A model generated the notes under the pieces. The model was not told where the DNA came from, made no database searches, and saw only the letters and a program-made list of their open reading frames with translations. Source: Orbicella franksi (Eukaryota). From it: a DNA stretch of 64,000 bases. The position numbers and the translations under genes are program-made. Positions within the stretch are counted from its first letter, which is position 1; each line of letters starts with the position of its first letter. Below, piece by piece: positions 10,369-23,189 of the stretch. The stretch lies in contig OZ116699.1 in the NCBI GenBank assembly GCA_964199315.1, forward strand, positions 37,014,001 through 37,078,000, given 5' to 3'.

Positions 10369-13300
10369 TGTACTGTAATAACTCGTGAGATCTTGCTGCA
10401 AAGTCTTCGGCAGGCGAAGTCAACGAACTCAAGAACAGTCAGCATGCTCATGCCAAGAAACAAGCCAAAGGTGCCACCCAAAGTTGCTTAAATGAAGAAA
10501 AATAAAATCATTCCTTATTTCAAAGGATACTATCAGGGCGATTTTCATAGCTAGTTAGTCCGTCAACGTAACATAGAGGGCAACTTACCAAACAGATTCC
10601 ATGTTTCAAAAACTGGAGTTTGCTCAATCCTGTCGTAACTCAAATCTTGAAAATAGATGTCCAACGAAACTATGTTTTCACTGCGGAGGCAAAAAAAGGG
10701 GTTTACCCGGCTCTTCTGTTGGTAATTTTAAATACTACTTATGTACAATCTCATGAACAATACACAACCTGCATTTCTGTAAGCCTGGAAGATTCAGTTG
10801 AAGAGTGCTATAAGCCAGATGAACGTGTCAAGAAAACGCTCAAGATTTTTCGAAAACGCTTACTCTATGTATTCCTTCTGCTCGGAATAGGACATCTTTC
10901 GGAAATCGTCGTAGATTGAGAAAGGAAAATTATCGGTTTTGTTCAGATGTGATTTCAGCCTTTTGATGAAAACATTCCTTTGCAGACCAGCGTATGACAA
11001 TGACATCTCGTAGTCGGTATGTTCGCAAGGCTCTGGGCAGTCCTCCTCACATTTGACCTTTTCTTCTGAAGTATCAAATCGAACTAAACATATGCAAAAT
11101 ATACAGATATATATCAAATGCAAAAGCATACCATTCTGGCCTGTCATATATGTAAAGGTCGGAAGGACTCCGTAAGTACTCTCATTATGGATTGGGTGGA
11201 AAATACAAGAATCCATGCTGTTCAACGTGCTTCGCCCGACTTTTTCATACATTTCAGTCCCGATGAGTGTCCCTTCAGTCAAAACATATTAACTGGCGAA
11301 CTTGCAATGGTCGCGTGTACAGTACACAGGATGACCCAATACCACATACTATGATTACCAATTGAGTAAGGCGCGACGGGATTTTAGTAACCAGGTTTTA
11401 ACGTTCTAATGGTGTTGTTGTCATGGGAAACAGGTTCCGTTTCCAGTGGCAACTTGTCGACCTTTGACGTCAATAGAAGCAAAGCGTCCGAAATTTAGGA
11501 GACGCTTGGCTGTTGGTTTTGTTACCAAGACGAGAAAAGTTGCCCGTGACAGCACCGTCACGTTAAGGCCAAAACCTCGTCACCAAAGTTCAATCGTCCA
11601 TTACTCGACTGATAATCGTAGTACACTGAAATTCACTAAAGACGGTGAGGTATCAGACCCCATCGACATTTAGCTAAGACCTTATTTATGTGATTGGTTT
11701 AGATGAAATAAATCACTGAGCCCAAGAAGGAGCGGCACAAAGACGACGAGACGAGTTCCTAATTATTATGGGATCGCTAGCAGGTACTGATTCAAGTGCC
11801 AAAACGTGATACCACACTAAAAAGTCTTCAGTGTGTGAGATATTACAGTGATGTTTCCTTTAACTTATTTCTTACGGAGTCTTTCAATTACTGTCAAAGT
11901 GTAACACATTCTTACATTTATAACGAGGCAATTTTGACTTGAACTATACAAACCTATACATATTCTGAACCGTCACTAAATTGTCTTTAAGATGAAGGTA
12001 ATGATTAACTTTTTTGCATAAATTAGCCTTGTCATTCATTATCTTTTAATGTCATTTTTCTTCAAATTTTTCAAGTTTTGAGATTCTAACAATGGTTTAA
12101 GGCAAACCGTTTGCTAAAGTTATGCTTCCTATGATACATGTAAGTTTCACAACTCTTCTACAATAGATTAGAATTCAAAAACAACAGTTAACAGGCAACC
12201 ATTGATACAAATAAAGAAAATTATAATTTATGCATAAATTTGCATGACTACTGTTTTTCGCTTCTTTCAAATTTGTGGTGTTCGATCTTCAATTGGTTTT
12301 TCAACTGTTTCTGAGTAATACACAAGGTAGGACATTTGAACTGTCTGTATGTTTTCTGATAATGATATGAAATAATAATGAACGAAAATAATAACAATAA
12401 TAATAATAATAATAATAATAAAAGAACATAAAATACTGTAAATGTTAAATAATCTTAGTTATCTTGGTCTACAGTTTATGATAAAGTCAGCCAAGAATAG
12501 GTTTTCTCCAATCCAAATGTGTTAAATAAATGTACTATAGTAAGTCTGCCTTGGTGTGCCAGGTAACTCACCACTATACTATTTGATTTTAGGCACAGAC
12601 TGACTGCACAGAGCTCACAGGAAGTGATTGAACAAGGTGGTCGAGGCCTCTTTCCTTGTTCCTCATTTTCTTCTTGAGCTCTCCTGCGTAGAGCTGAGTA
12701 AATATGAGAACAAACAGCACAAACAACTGGCAAATGGGCCCCTACATTCCTAAGTCGCAGTGCAGTAATTGGATCTTTCTTTGGTCGGCCTATCGCTTGA
12801 CTCTTAATTCTGTAGCTCTGGTTAGTGGCCTCCGGTCAGGCACTGGTCTTTATGATATCTGCTTATTTAAAGCTTGACCACAGAGGACCCGAACACTATA
12901 TCAGCAGCAAAAATAAATGTGCTGTTATTTACCTGTGTTCCTGTGTCTTTTTCAGTCGTTTAGAAGGGATTTGAATGAAGCGAAGGCGGTTTACATTTCC
13001 GAGTATTAGGGGGTTTAAGAAACCAGGACGCGACACGAAGAACACCGTCGATTAAAAAATTATATCATATTTTACCTACGAATCTTGCGATACTCTTAAG
13101 TCATTTTCCTTTGTTTCCTAGTGTTAAAACCATCACGAAATTGAATCTCGGACAGGGCGAAACATTTGAAAAAAAAAATAGAAAAATTAGCCGTCGTGGT
13201 TCACGTTCTCTAGACAACGCAGAATTTGGTCATTTCACGTTGTTGTTTTGTAGAGGACGGCAAAGAAATGTACCAAGATTTATAAAGCACGTGCAGAGCC

Positions 13301-16300
13301 ATTGTTTTGCTCTCCTCGTGATTATAACCCTCAGGTTTCGACTAACATCGTGAGAATCTCTCCCCTCGATGCGAGTCAATAGTTAACGACGGTAACAGAA
13401 ACTTGCAACCTACACGGAGCGTCATAATTACAAAGTGGCAGACGAGATAATATTCGGAAATATAAACCGCCTTCGCTCCATTCAAATCCCTTGTAAACGA
13501 CTCAAAAAGACACAGTAACACGGTTAAATAACAGTACATTTATTTTTACTGCTGACATAGTGTTCAGGTCCCCTGTGGTTTGACCTTAATACGCCACATA
13601 TTTAACCATGGATAAGAAAGAGAATATCCATGACTCGATTTAACTGAATTTTCTACTTACAAAACGCAGGAAACATACAAAGCACAGTGTCATTTGGGGC
13701 GCAAAATGGGACCTTTGCATCTGATAGAGAAAACAAAGCAAAGATGTTATAAGAGTGTTCATTTTTTTATGAAGCAAATCTATATTTCGGCAATTGATCA
13801 AAATACAATTATGATCCCGAGTAGAGAGAAGCAATGTGATAGTATCTCACCAAATAAACAATAGGAAAGAAGGATCTTTCTTGAGTAGCGGATTTTGGAC
13901 CTGTTCATGCGGAGAGTTGTCCCTCACGGGAGAGTTTCCCTGCCCCCAGAGTCATCTTTCGCCGAGCCATCAGCAATGTTTCTATTAACTAACGTACTCA
14001 GAGGCTACAAGAAGAATTCGCAACTAGGTGGTGGATTTGTGTCAGAGTTGCCTCGGTGATAACGCTGTTGTCCTGGCTGACCGAACCAGAAATTGGCCCT
14101 CCCGTTTGGTTTGGCGTATGTGCCTCGCTTTGTCTCTGGTAGGGGAGCCAAACATATTTTAAATCCAGGCCCACCTAACCTTCAATGCAAGTGACCTTCC
14201 ACCCAGGATCACCCTATCTTCAGTGCGAGTGACACTCCGTCTACGGTCACTTGGCTCATTAGCCAACTTTGTGATTACTCTGATTAATAATATATGAAAA
14301 GCTCTATCGCTAAGGTGCTCGGTGTGGAGGGTGACCCTCCAACCAGGAACAGCTTTACTCCATGTAAACAGGTCCTAAGAAAGAGTGAGCTTAGCACTAT
14401 ACACTGAAGAAATTTCACTGCAGTGTTAAAACGGAAACATCTCACCTCCATATTCTATGGGATGACAACCGCATTTCTTGATTACAAACTCACTCATGCA
14501 CTGCATCAAACAAGCTGACTTTGAATATGTGTAGCCGGTGTCTCGCAACATGTAGAGTGTTCGGTTGGTGCAGTTGGTGGAGTAAGGTGTTTTCAAATTT
14601 ATTATCTGTGGAGGGAAATTGTGGTTGCTTTGTGCATTTTTGGAAAGAATAAGTATTTAGATTTACACCTTGTTAGCGTGTCCCCTAAACGATCTCGGTG
14701 ATATTTTATATTTGTTTTTTCAAGGGGGCAAGCTCCCAAACAAGAAATAGTAAAGGTTAAGTTCCATTTATAATCAGTCCTGGTTCCAGGTCAAGTTAGT
14801 CTTCTCATCGTTCAAAAAGCACTTGTGGAAATTGGCTGAAAATAGGAATGTTAACTGTAAGGTGAATGAATACATTCTCGACCAAAAACCACAAGTGTGC
14901 CATTTTCACATTACTTGTTTCTCTTTCTGGGAGAACCCTAAACTCAGGTTTTTGCAATGCCAGGCTGATGAGGCTTAACAAGACCTAACAAGGCCAAAAA
15001 AAAAGCCGCTGATGGCTGCTCTTTGTATTTTTTTAGCAGCCACAGAGTCTTCCACCTCTACCATTGTCGCCTTTGCGCGCATTCGATCGTTGTCAGCTTA
15101 CCCCTGCACGTTCTGTTCTAATACAAAGGGTAGCCACAACTGTAAATAGGTACGTATGCCATCATAGATGGGGTCGACCTTCTTAGTTTCTCATTTTCTT
15201 CCCCTGCTGTCTCTTAATAAAATGAGGTTAACAGAGAATCAGGAAATATTTACTGTTGTAAGTTTACAACACCAAAGAATATCTAGTAAGAAACAAATAG
15301 CTTCGAACTCTCATTGATCAATGCGCATCCCCACTGACCCCTCCCACTGGTTTAAGCTGTGGGTATACAAATGTAAATAACGAGCAACATGTAACTAGAC
15401 TTTTGATCAAACCTTTTTCCTTTTTATCGAGCACAGAGTGCGAACCCCTGGATGGACAGCAAAGCCAAACTGTTCCATCAAAGGAAAGGTGTGTTGATCG
15501 TGCACGAGAACTCTGAGGCCGACGATGGGGATCCGCGGATTATCCAGGTAACTGTTTCTCTCGACATTCAACGAAAGCTTCAAGCCATTTAGGTCACCAG
15601 CAGCGGTAGCATCAATTACGAGGCTATCATCGTGCCCAGAATTGAATGTATAGCATTGACCATACATAGAGCTAAAAAACGCTGTAAAATTATCGGATCC
15701 ACAAACCATATTATTAATAAAACAAGAATCAAATACTGGACTTGGAAGGAGCATGTCTTCAATTCGATGACCAAACATTTTGATATAATCGTGTTTTGGA
15801 ACTTTGCCGCCATGGATGCGGTGAAACAATTCAGGATAGAGTTCCTTTGATTTGTTAGTAAAGGCATCTTTTGAATTTGCAATCGTTTTTGTATAGACCT
15901 CAAGTATTAATTCGATTTCTTCCTCGGTGTAGTTTGCCGTATTTAATAAGTCTTTCAACCGTCTCCTGTTTACGGAGTTGACATTGCAGATCGTCACGGC
16001 AGGGAAGCGTAGTTTTTCGTTATTGCTGGTCACTGTTAATATTCTCGTTTGGAATGGTCGACGATAGAAAGCCCTCACAGAACTAAAAATGTCATAACTG
16101 CAGTAACTAAAGGAACCTATGAGGATCAAAGCCCAAAGTAATCTCATGAAAATGCTTCCAGTGAACACAAATCGAATTCCATGTAAGGTAGTCCTTTCAG
16201 CGAAAGAACTTAACGTTTCTGGTCTAGGTTGGTAAACCGATTTTGTATTCGTCTTGTGGTTGGCAACTGTAACCTCGTCAGCAGCTTTATGATCAATCTG

Positions 16301-16330
16301 GTAGCTGTTTCTTTTCGGTGTAAAGGCCAT
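10365..16330 (-). CDS. DEG/ENaC (ASIC / HyNaC-like) ion channel subunit, complete; exons 16330-15413, 14605-14446, 13720-13661, 11083-10864, 10680-10589, 10486-10365; 523 aa
   Basis: Family motifs occur in order: TTLHG, TM1 (RLLWALILIGSFSYCSYDI), FPAVTICN, GQCYTFN, thumb cysteines (YSKSACLMQC..KCGCHP, VPFCAP..LC, CEEDCPEPC), ENIVSLDIYF, TM2 LFATLGGTFGLFLGMSMLTVLEF. All six exons have GT/AG boundaries with compatible phases (0,1,1,2,1); total 1572 nt. Confidence 0.93.
12871..13585. mobile_element. Non-autonomous DNA transposon with ~135-bp TIRs and TTAA flanks (Kolobok-like), with a nested repeat; copy at 29535-30249
   Basis: 12871-13004 is the inverted match of 13451-13585. TTAA at 12867-12870 and 13586-13589; termini AG...CC fit the RR...YY rule of Kolobok. 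In copy B the right TTAA is mutated to GTAA. Confidence 0.65.
13897..14375. mobile_element. PIF/Harbinger-like MITE in DEG/ENaC intron 2 (also in copy B, about 30561-31039)
   Basis: Imperfect TIRs ggacctgttcatgcggagagttgtcc and (reverse complement) ggacctgtttacatggagtaaagctgttcc. Confidence 0.45.
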
Positions 16331-19300
16331 CTTTTCTGCGAGAAAGGCTGGCAAAGCATACAACGCGACACGAGGAACGAAATGCAATGATGTGGTCCTT
16401 CTGGTCAGAAAGAATAAGGAAAACTTATAATTCTGTGATAATTGCATCGAAGTTAAATTGCGAACCAGACAAGAACTCAGTTGGGGGCAGGTTAGATTTA
16501 AGACTATGTTTTTATCAAAAAAATTGTTTGGTGAACTAATATTAAAACTGACTAACACTATCCAAATAATTACCAAAAGAGATAGGAACAGATGATAACA
16601 AGTTTGCGCTATATGTTTCAAATTGTTCAGGGAAAGCGTTCTCTTTAATTTGTGACAAATTTTGTTTCCTGTGTTATTGAGACCAACTGACGTTTTGCAA
16701 ATGCGATTGTCAAAACTGGTCTATTGAAGGAATTCAGATACTTGCTGATAAATAAAATTGTGATCGTGACTTGAAAAAGTGGCGCGCAAACTCAATTGTT
16801 AACGATGGGAACAAGTGTCTCGCTGTGATAGCAATTTCGTTTGGACTATGATTTTCTTGGTTTTAATATCCATCGTTTTTCTTTTACCTGGATTGAGTGG
16901 CTTTGAAAAATTACGACCTCACAACTAGTCGTTATTAAATCACCTTGAAGCAAATTTCGCGATCAATCGCTTGGACGCGGCCAATCGTGCTTCAGAAAAA
17001 TAGGACATCATCAGCATCCTTCAGGTAATTTGATCACGAAACGTTTATTCAAACCACTGATTAACAAAAGCACCTGCTTCAAGCAAGATTCCTGTTATAA
17101 TGAGGAAAGCACTTGTATCTATGATGGTCAAAAACTCGCGACGAATCTTTTTTAAACTTGCACTTCGAGGATCTCACTGAGTTTCAAATTCATTGAAACA
17201 TTTTAAGACCGTTAACTTTTAGCCTCAATCGGGAAAATGTTTGGCTGATTTTGACGCTTGTCAATCGCCATACCATGTACATCTCTGCGTATCATGAGTT
17301 CTTAAAACGCGTGGTTGTTGTACTAAATTTTCCGGAAGTATGCCAAAATCTGTCAAGCTAGCATTACTGTCATCCCTTTGTCTTATGCAGTCTTGATTGC
17401 CAACCACTGCTCCGTTTAGCAGCTGCCACGAGCCGTGGTTGATCAATCTGCCAAGGTAGCATTACAGTCATCCCTCTGTCACTTATCTTACGGACGGTTG
17501 ATTCCTTTCAGACAGATAATTCGTCTATGGTACAAATTCGGCCAATGAGCGTGACCCAAATTATAGCCATTTTCAACGAGATAAGTGCGGCAGTTTATTT
17601 CCAATGAAAAATATTTTCCGATAGTCTTTTGCACTATTAACAATTTCCAGTTTCTTTAAAATTGGTATCTACAATTGGTCTCGCATGCGCAATTGGTCTT
17701 GCATGTCCAATGAAAATCTTCAGTCAGAAATATTTCCCGCTAATTTTTTTGCAAATAATATCACTTTCTTTCGATTTTCTGCGACTGAAATCTAGGATTT
17801 GCTGAAAGATCCGCTTGCAATATTCGTTGACGCAGCTGTATGTAAACGATGAGTAAATGCGGCTTATGACGCAACTTTCCTGCTGTCTGACTCAGGAAGG
17901 GGTCATGAAAGACAGAACAAACATCCCATGACGTGTAAACGCTGTCAACAAAAATCTTCCTCGCGTTCAATGTGCGTTTGTTTATGCGCAGCATGGTATA
18001 CTGTGTTGTTTTCCACTATACCTTCCTAGTTTTAATGATTTGGCCACTTTTGCATTAAGATGTTATGAAGCTCCATAATTTTTTAGAATTTTCGAATTTT
18101 CTATGTTTGGTTCGTGATCACCATTTGCTTATCATTTTGCAGCAAACACGTTGTTGTCCTGTGATTCTGCCCATACACTGAGTCTTATGACTGCAAGTTG
18201 TTTATCTCAGTTTTTCGTGAGTACTTAGGCTCCGAATAATACCCATCGATGGTCATGTTTGGGTTCGTCTACTGGCCACAAAAGATCCGGTTTAGGTTTT
18301 GGATGAGAAATAAATTATTCTCGTTGTTGTTCTCTAAGCTTCTATTGGTTGTTTCAAGAACTTTGTAGTTTGCCTCTGAAAGCCGCCCGGGTATTTAAGT
18401 GCGTGTGCATTTGTTAGTCAAGAAGTAGAAGTTAGACGAATATTGCGTTAGACAGAGAAATTAAAGACCCACAGACAGATTCTCGGTGCCTCCTCGTACT
18501 AGCAGCTGCAAACCAGCAAAAAGGTTGGAAATTTAGCGCCTGCGCGCAATTACATTGCTAGCCCTTTTTTCATATTTAACTGAGGAAAATGCAACTCTGT
18601 AACTGAAACTTTATAGTCAGTATACATTTTGATTTCAAAGCCTCCATGTAACGTTCCTGTTTTGCATTTTTCATATTCACAACATCATTACCAAATAGGC
18701 CAAGTCTTAGAAAATTGTAACAATCCTTTTTCTGAAATCATCAAAACTACTCCACCCCTCATCATAGGCAAACTCCACAGAGTAAGTACCGTGGTGTTGC
18801 AGTGAACAGTTGAAAGCAAAAACGTTTTTTATTAATAAACAAACCTTTATTTGACCTCAAAACGCCTTGACGACAGGAACTGAAATTGGACGTAAATGTT
18901 CTACACTAACGCGATCGCTTAAATCATAGTTCATGGAGGGAAATGGTTATGAAACCCGACAAATTTCTTTGTTTTTGGTTTTTGTTCGCTTTTTTTGCCT
19001 TGACCTTGCGCAAAACACAATGGTTGTTTACTCCGTACTGAGGAACTAACCAATAGAAACGTTTTGGTTACGTAATTCAAGGGCACAATGCATGCATGAG
19101 CGAAAAACGGACAAAGATTGTGCGCGGTCATAGACTTGTTTGCTCCTTTGATGTTTGCCGGGCTTCAAAACTATTTCCCTCTAAAAACTACCCTTAAACA
19201 TATTGTGCTTTAAATATTTCACGTTCTGGGGTGTTTGGCAAATGCAGACTACGGACCTAAAGACTTGTATATTATTTTAAGAAATGAACATATACGTGCT

Positions 19301-19355
19301 TTCTATTTAGCTCGTTAACACTCTTTTACACTCTGCACACTCTACAATCTAGCGC

Positions 19356-22300
19356 TCAAGTGGCTATATTCAGATCACCATCCTGCTGCTTCTTGGTGCG
19401 TTTGCGCACTAAAAGGCAGACGGCTGTGCAGATGGCTATGGCGATAACACCGCTGACCGCCACAATGGTGACCAAACTGGTCGAAAAAGACTGGGATTCC
19501 TCCTGTTCGTCAGATTCACCTGAAGAAAGGAAAGTGTTCATAATTAACATCTACTTGTTTATTTTTTATAATTATTTTTCTGTGGAGGCACGGTGGTCTA
19601 ACGGTCAGCGCGCTGGACTCCGGTTCTGTTATAGCTAAGTTCTGAAAAACGATACGCAGCAGTGTCTATGCCTAATTGATAATTTGCGATAAATGAAAAC
19701 TCCCGGCGTCATAGCAACTGCATGTCGCGTCTCCTTCCTCTCCATGATTGAGATAAATATCTTATACAGTGTTGATTGGAATCCGTTTATCCGTTTAGCA
19801 GCTGCCAGGAGGGCCTTGGTTGGTGAATTTGTATTAATTAGTAGTCAATTTTTGAGATAAGAAGCGGTTTGTTCAAAAGCAATAACTTTTTCATACCTTC
19901 TTCTTCATTCGCTTCCTCCTCGTCTTGGTCGTTCTTAAAAACGAAAGGGCCTGATGTCACATAATACAGCTGTGATTCATCCACTATGACATCATTGACT
20001 GAACGCCTCTTCCTCGCATTAGTGGCACACTCGGCTGGAGAAGGGCAATCACAAGCTGTTGTAGCAGCCGACCGGAGGCAAACCCTGAATTCACAGTGGA
20101 AGAATACTGCATCTCCTTCGTTCGCGCCAAAGTACCTAAATGTTTGGATGGAGAAGGTTTCTTTGATATCGTCGTCGGTGCATCTGTACGATAATGTATC
20201 GCCAAGGTCTTCACTCACTGTGTCATTACCGCAACTGGTTTTGAAAAGAGACAAGAGCAATTATTAAATGTTTCAAATCCAAACAAACTGCCTCAGTGGC
20301 AAAGTACAAGCATCGAGTCTGCAGTATGTGTAAGACTGAGGAGCCTATGTGGTGCAGCTATGTGTGAATTGACTGTAATGAAACTGACCAGTGTAACCTG
20401 TGTGCGACCTATCTCTCATCTAAATGACGTATGCCAACTTTGATTGGACCCAGCTAAGTTACAATATTCCCTAGGGAGTTAATCGCCCTCATAATGTTTT
20501 TTCCCCAAGGTAATTCCTCTCAAGCTATTTCTAAACATAGTACCCAGTTTTTTCACGGATACCTCTTGCTATCACATGCGATGTGTAGATATATTCGTCC
20601 CTCATAAATGCGTGTAAAGCTTCTTGGGTTGCAAAATATGGCTATTTCTAATCCCCCCCCGAGATTTCCGAAACCGTGAATGATCTGGAAATAACTTTAG
20701 AAGGATCATCTTGGGAACAAGGCCTATATAGGGAATAAACTCTCTCATACTGCATTCTCTCTTGTAAAAACCTATTTGGATAATTACGCGCATTGGTGAC
20801 TGTATGAAAAGCGAAAGCTAACTACTTAAAACTGAAAATCGACAAAAAACGACAATTTTTTATCATTTGTGTTATCAAATTTCCAGCTGAGGGTTAAGCC
20901 ATTTTGATAGCCAAAAGAAATGTATTAACAACTAACAGAGTTCATCAATATTTCGCCAATCTTCCTCAGAACCATGGAGTTAAATAAAGACTACTCAGTT
21001 TGTAATCAGATCACCTCACAATCAGTTTGGAATGTTTCCAAAAAAAAAAAAAAAAGTACTGTGCAAACAGTACTATAAACTTCTACCGGAGAATTTTACA
21101 TTTTTGCTGATATGGTTTTCCAGGATTAGGTGACATAAAACACTGTCCTTTTCTCGTCTTGATGTTGTTGTTTAATGGGAAACAGTAATATAATCCTTAC
21201 CCTTTTATTATTAGATCTAAGTTACCATCATCTATCATTGGGTTGCTGCTCCTTGATGACCAACAGTGTTCGGGAAAAAGATCAAGGTTGGATGTGGAAC
21301 TTTGTGTCACAACGTTAGCCTTGAAATATAAAGTTTTATCCAGCTCGACCGGGCTGGGGACGTCACCGGTATGATTGGGGAAATAGAAAGCCTGAAGAGA
21401 AAAGGTAAAAAATCCAGTGCCTGGAGGAGACAAACAAATAATCCTCAGTAAGTAAGAACAGAGAGACAAATCCTATCACATTTAAGTCTATTTTAGTGAC
21501 CTGATTTTACAATAGTCCATTAACTTATGGATCTTTTTTTATTATTAAATTTTTTCAAACAATTTTACTATCATCTTAGCCTGTAGATATTAGTTGTCGC
21601 TTGTCGCTTGTCGCTTGTCGCTTGTCGCTTGTCGCTTGTCGCTTGTCGCTTGTCGCTTGTCGCTTGTCGCTTGTCGCTTGTCGCTTGTCGCTTGTCGCTT
21701 GTCGCTTGTCGCTTGTCGCTTGTCGCTTGTCGCTTGTCGCTTGTCGCTTGTCGCTTGTCGCTTGTCGCTTGTCGCTTGTCGCTTGTCGCCTGTCGCTTTT
21801 CGCCTGTCGCTTGTCGCCTGTCGCTTGTCGCCTGTCGCTTGTTGGTTGTTGGTTTATGACGAGGATAATCACAGTAATGATGATAAGGTTGAGGAGGAGA
21901 AAAAGGTGGAAAAAGAATGGGAGGAGAAGGAAGAAAAAAGAAAGGGGAGGACGAGGAGAGGGGAGGAGGAGAAGGAGGAGGAGGAGGAGAAGGAGGGGAG
22001 GCATTGATGTTGATGATGATATGGGGACTACACTTAACACCCGCCAATGGAACATGTCTGAGTAAATGTCAATTAGCGATTACTTAAAAGCCTTTTCATG
22101 TAATATGTGTAAAGTGCAAATCACAATTGCTATTTTTACATCGTATTTTACATACTTGAGTCATTGTTGCCTCGGTTTGTGATCGGTACAAAGCTTGTTG
22201 TTGATCTGTTTTGATTGTCATAGTCACATGACACAAAATACAGCTGGTCGTACACACGTAACTGGCCTGTACCTCCTGGGTTGGGTGTTATAGGGTTGAT

Positions 22301-23189
22301 TTTGAGAATGTATTTAATGCTTTCGGAAAGCTGTTCCGCAGCCAGCGCACAGTCAGGTAGAACGAGATTAGTATAGGTTACTGTTTCATTGGCACGTGAA
22401 AATGTCGGTTCGCATTCCGGTTTATCTTGTAACCTCCACTGAGATTCGTTCCATCTGCTTAGATCTTCCACGTTGATGATAGTTATATCGACTGTGTGAT
22501 TGTTGTGGCAGTAAACGCTACCGATAGTGTTAGCCTGACCTGAGAAAAAAGAAAATCATTGAATGAAGTCAGGAACCGAAGAACTTCTCTGTAGTATGAG
22601 CTGTGCAATATATTTGCACTTGATTACAATACATCGCACGATATAGGCGGCGTCCGAAGTTGAGGCCAACTTCTTAGTTAATACCTACATGACACTCGAC
22701 AGAGCCAGAGCTGCCTCGTTTATATTTCAGGTGTCTTTATCATAGAGATAAAAATGGTATAAACTGCGGTTTTTGAACTTTTTGTAATATAAAGAAGTAT
22801 CTGAATGTATGGAGGTGCCTGTAAGGAGCGGTGCGACTGTGTCTATTGATATTGAGCTTGTTGTGTCGCTTGCGGCCCTACCTTTTCATCGATTCATTCG
22901 GAACATTATGTAAAACGTCACAGTGTGTTTGCATAACAGTGAAGCACTGGGATGCTTAGAAGCCACTTTTATTAAAAGTTAGACGTTTGAGACAACAATA
23001 GCGATCGCTCGATTTTCAGTTAATTTCGGCTGATGTCGAGAGATTTCCAGTTTGCACCTTACAGTAGAGTCAGTAGACTGAACCTCTCCTTACAGCCTCA
23101 GCTTTGCTCTTGGCTTTGCGTCAGCTGTAGTTACCTTTTACGGGCTTCGAGACGAGTCCAAATACCAGAAGTAGAACGAGTTCCTTCAT
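19356..23189 (-). CDS. ZP (zona pellucida) domain membrane protein, copy A; exons 23189-23135, 22539-22156, 21420-21201, 20234-19897, 19519-19356; 386 aa
   Basis: Signal peptide MKELVLLLVFGLVSKPVKG; ZP-N and ZP-C cysteine pattern (YFVSCDYDNQ, LFPEHCWSS, FRYFG..VFFHCEFRVC); furin site RKRR; YVTSGPF external hydrophobic patch; TM LVTIVAVSGVIAIAICTAVCLLV; basic tail. Phases are consistent; total 1161 nt. Confidence 0.9.
21594..21838. repeat. Heptamer tandem repeat (TTGTCGC)n, about 35 units, ZP intron 2
   Basis: 245 bp, directly visible; followed by a GGA/GAA-rich purine tract. Confidence 0.98.

Noticed and set aside
12476-12733. CAVC...CELCAVSLC ORF as a piggyBac-type Cys-rich terminus or an extra ENaC exon
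   Set aside because: The ENaC exon chain is complete without it. The piggyBac resemblance is limited to a short Cys pattern with no transposase core nearby, so it is unsupported.
13111-13353. 80-aa ORF repeated at 29775-30017
   Set aside because: Lies wholly within an interspersed non-coding repeat also present near 5700.
14960-15010. CTGATGAGGC...GGCC as a second hammerhead (also about 31634-31680)
   Set aside because: The GAAA box and cleavage triplet are replaced by an A-run; at best an inactive PLE-tail remnant.
15166-15177. RWGR in a plus-strand frame (possible third RWamide precursor)
   Set aside because: No Met, signal peptide or splice context; it is followed by a stop and lies antisense in an ENaC intron.
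16331-16621. N-terminal 97 aa of the 404-aa ORF (and 33002-33292 in copy B)
   Set aside because: Lies upstream of a splice acceptor (ctttctcgcag, 16336) just before the Met of MAFTPK; it reads like intron and has no DEG/ENaC features.
21571-22065. Overlapping ORFs with SLVACRL / DKRQATS repeats (also 38274-38693)
   Set aside because: These are translations of the heptamer array and purine tract in ZP intron 2.
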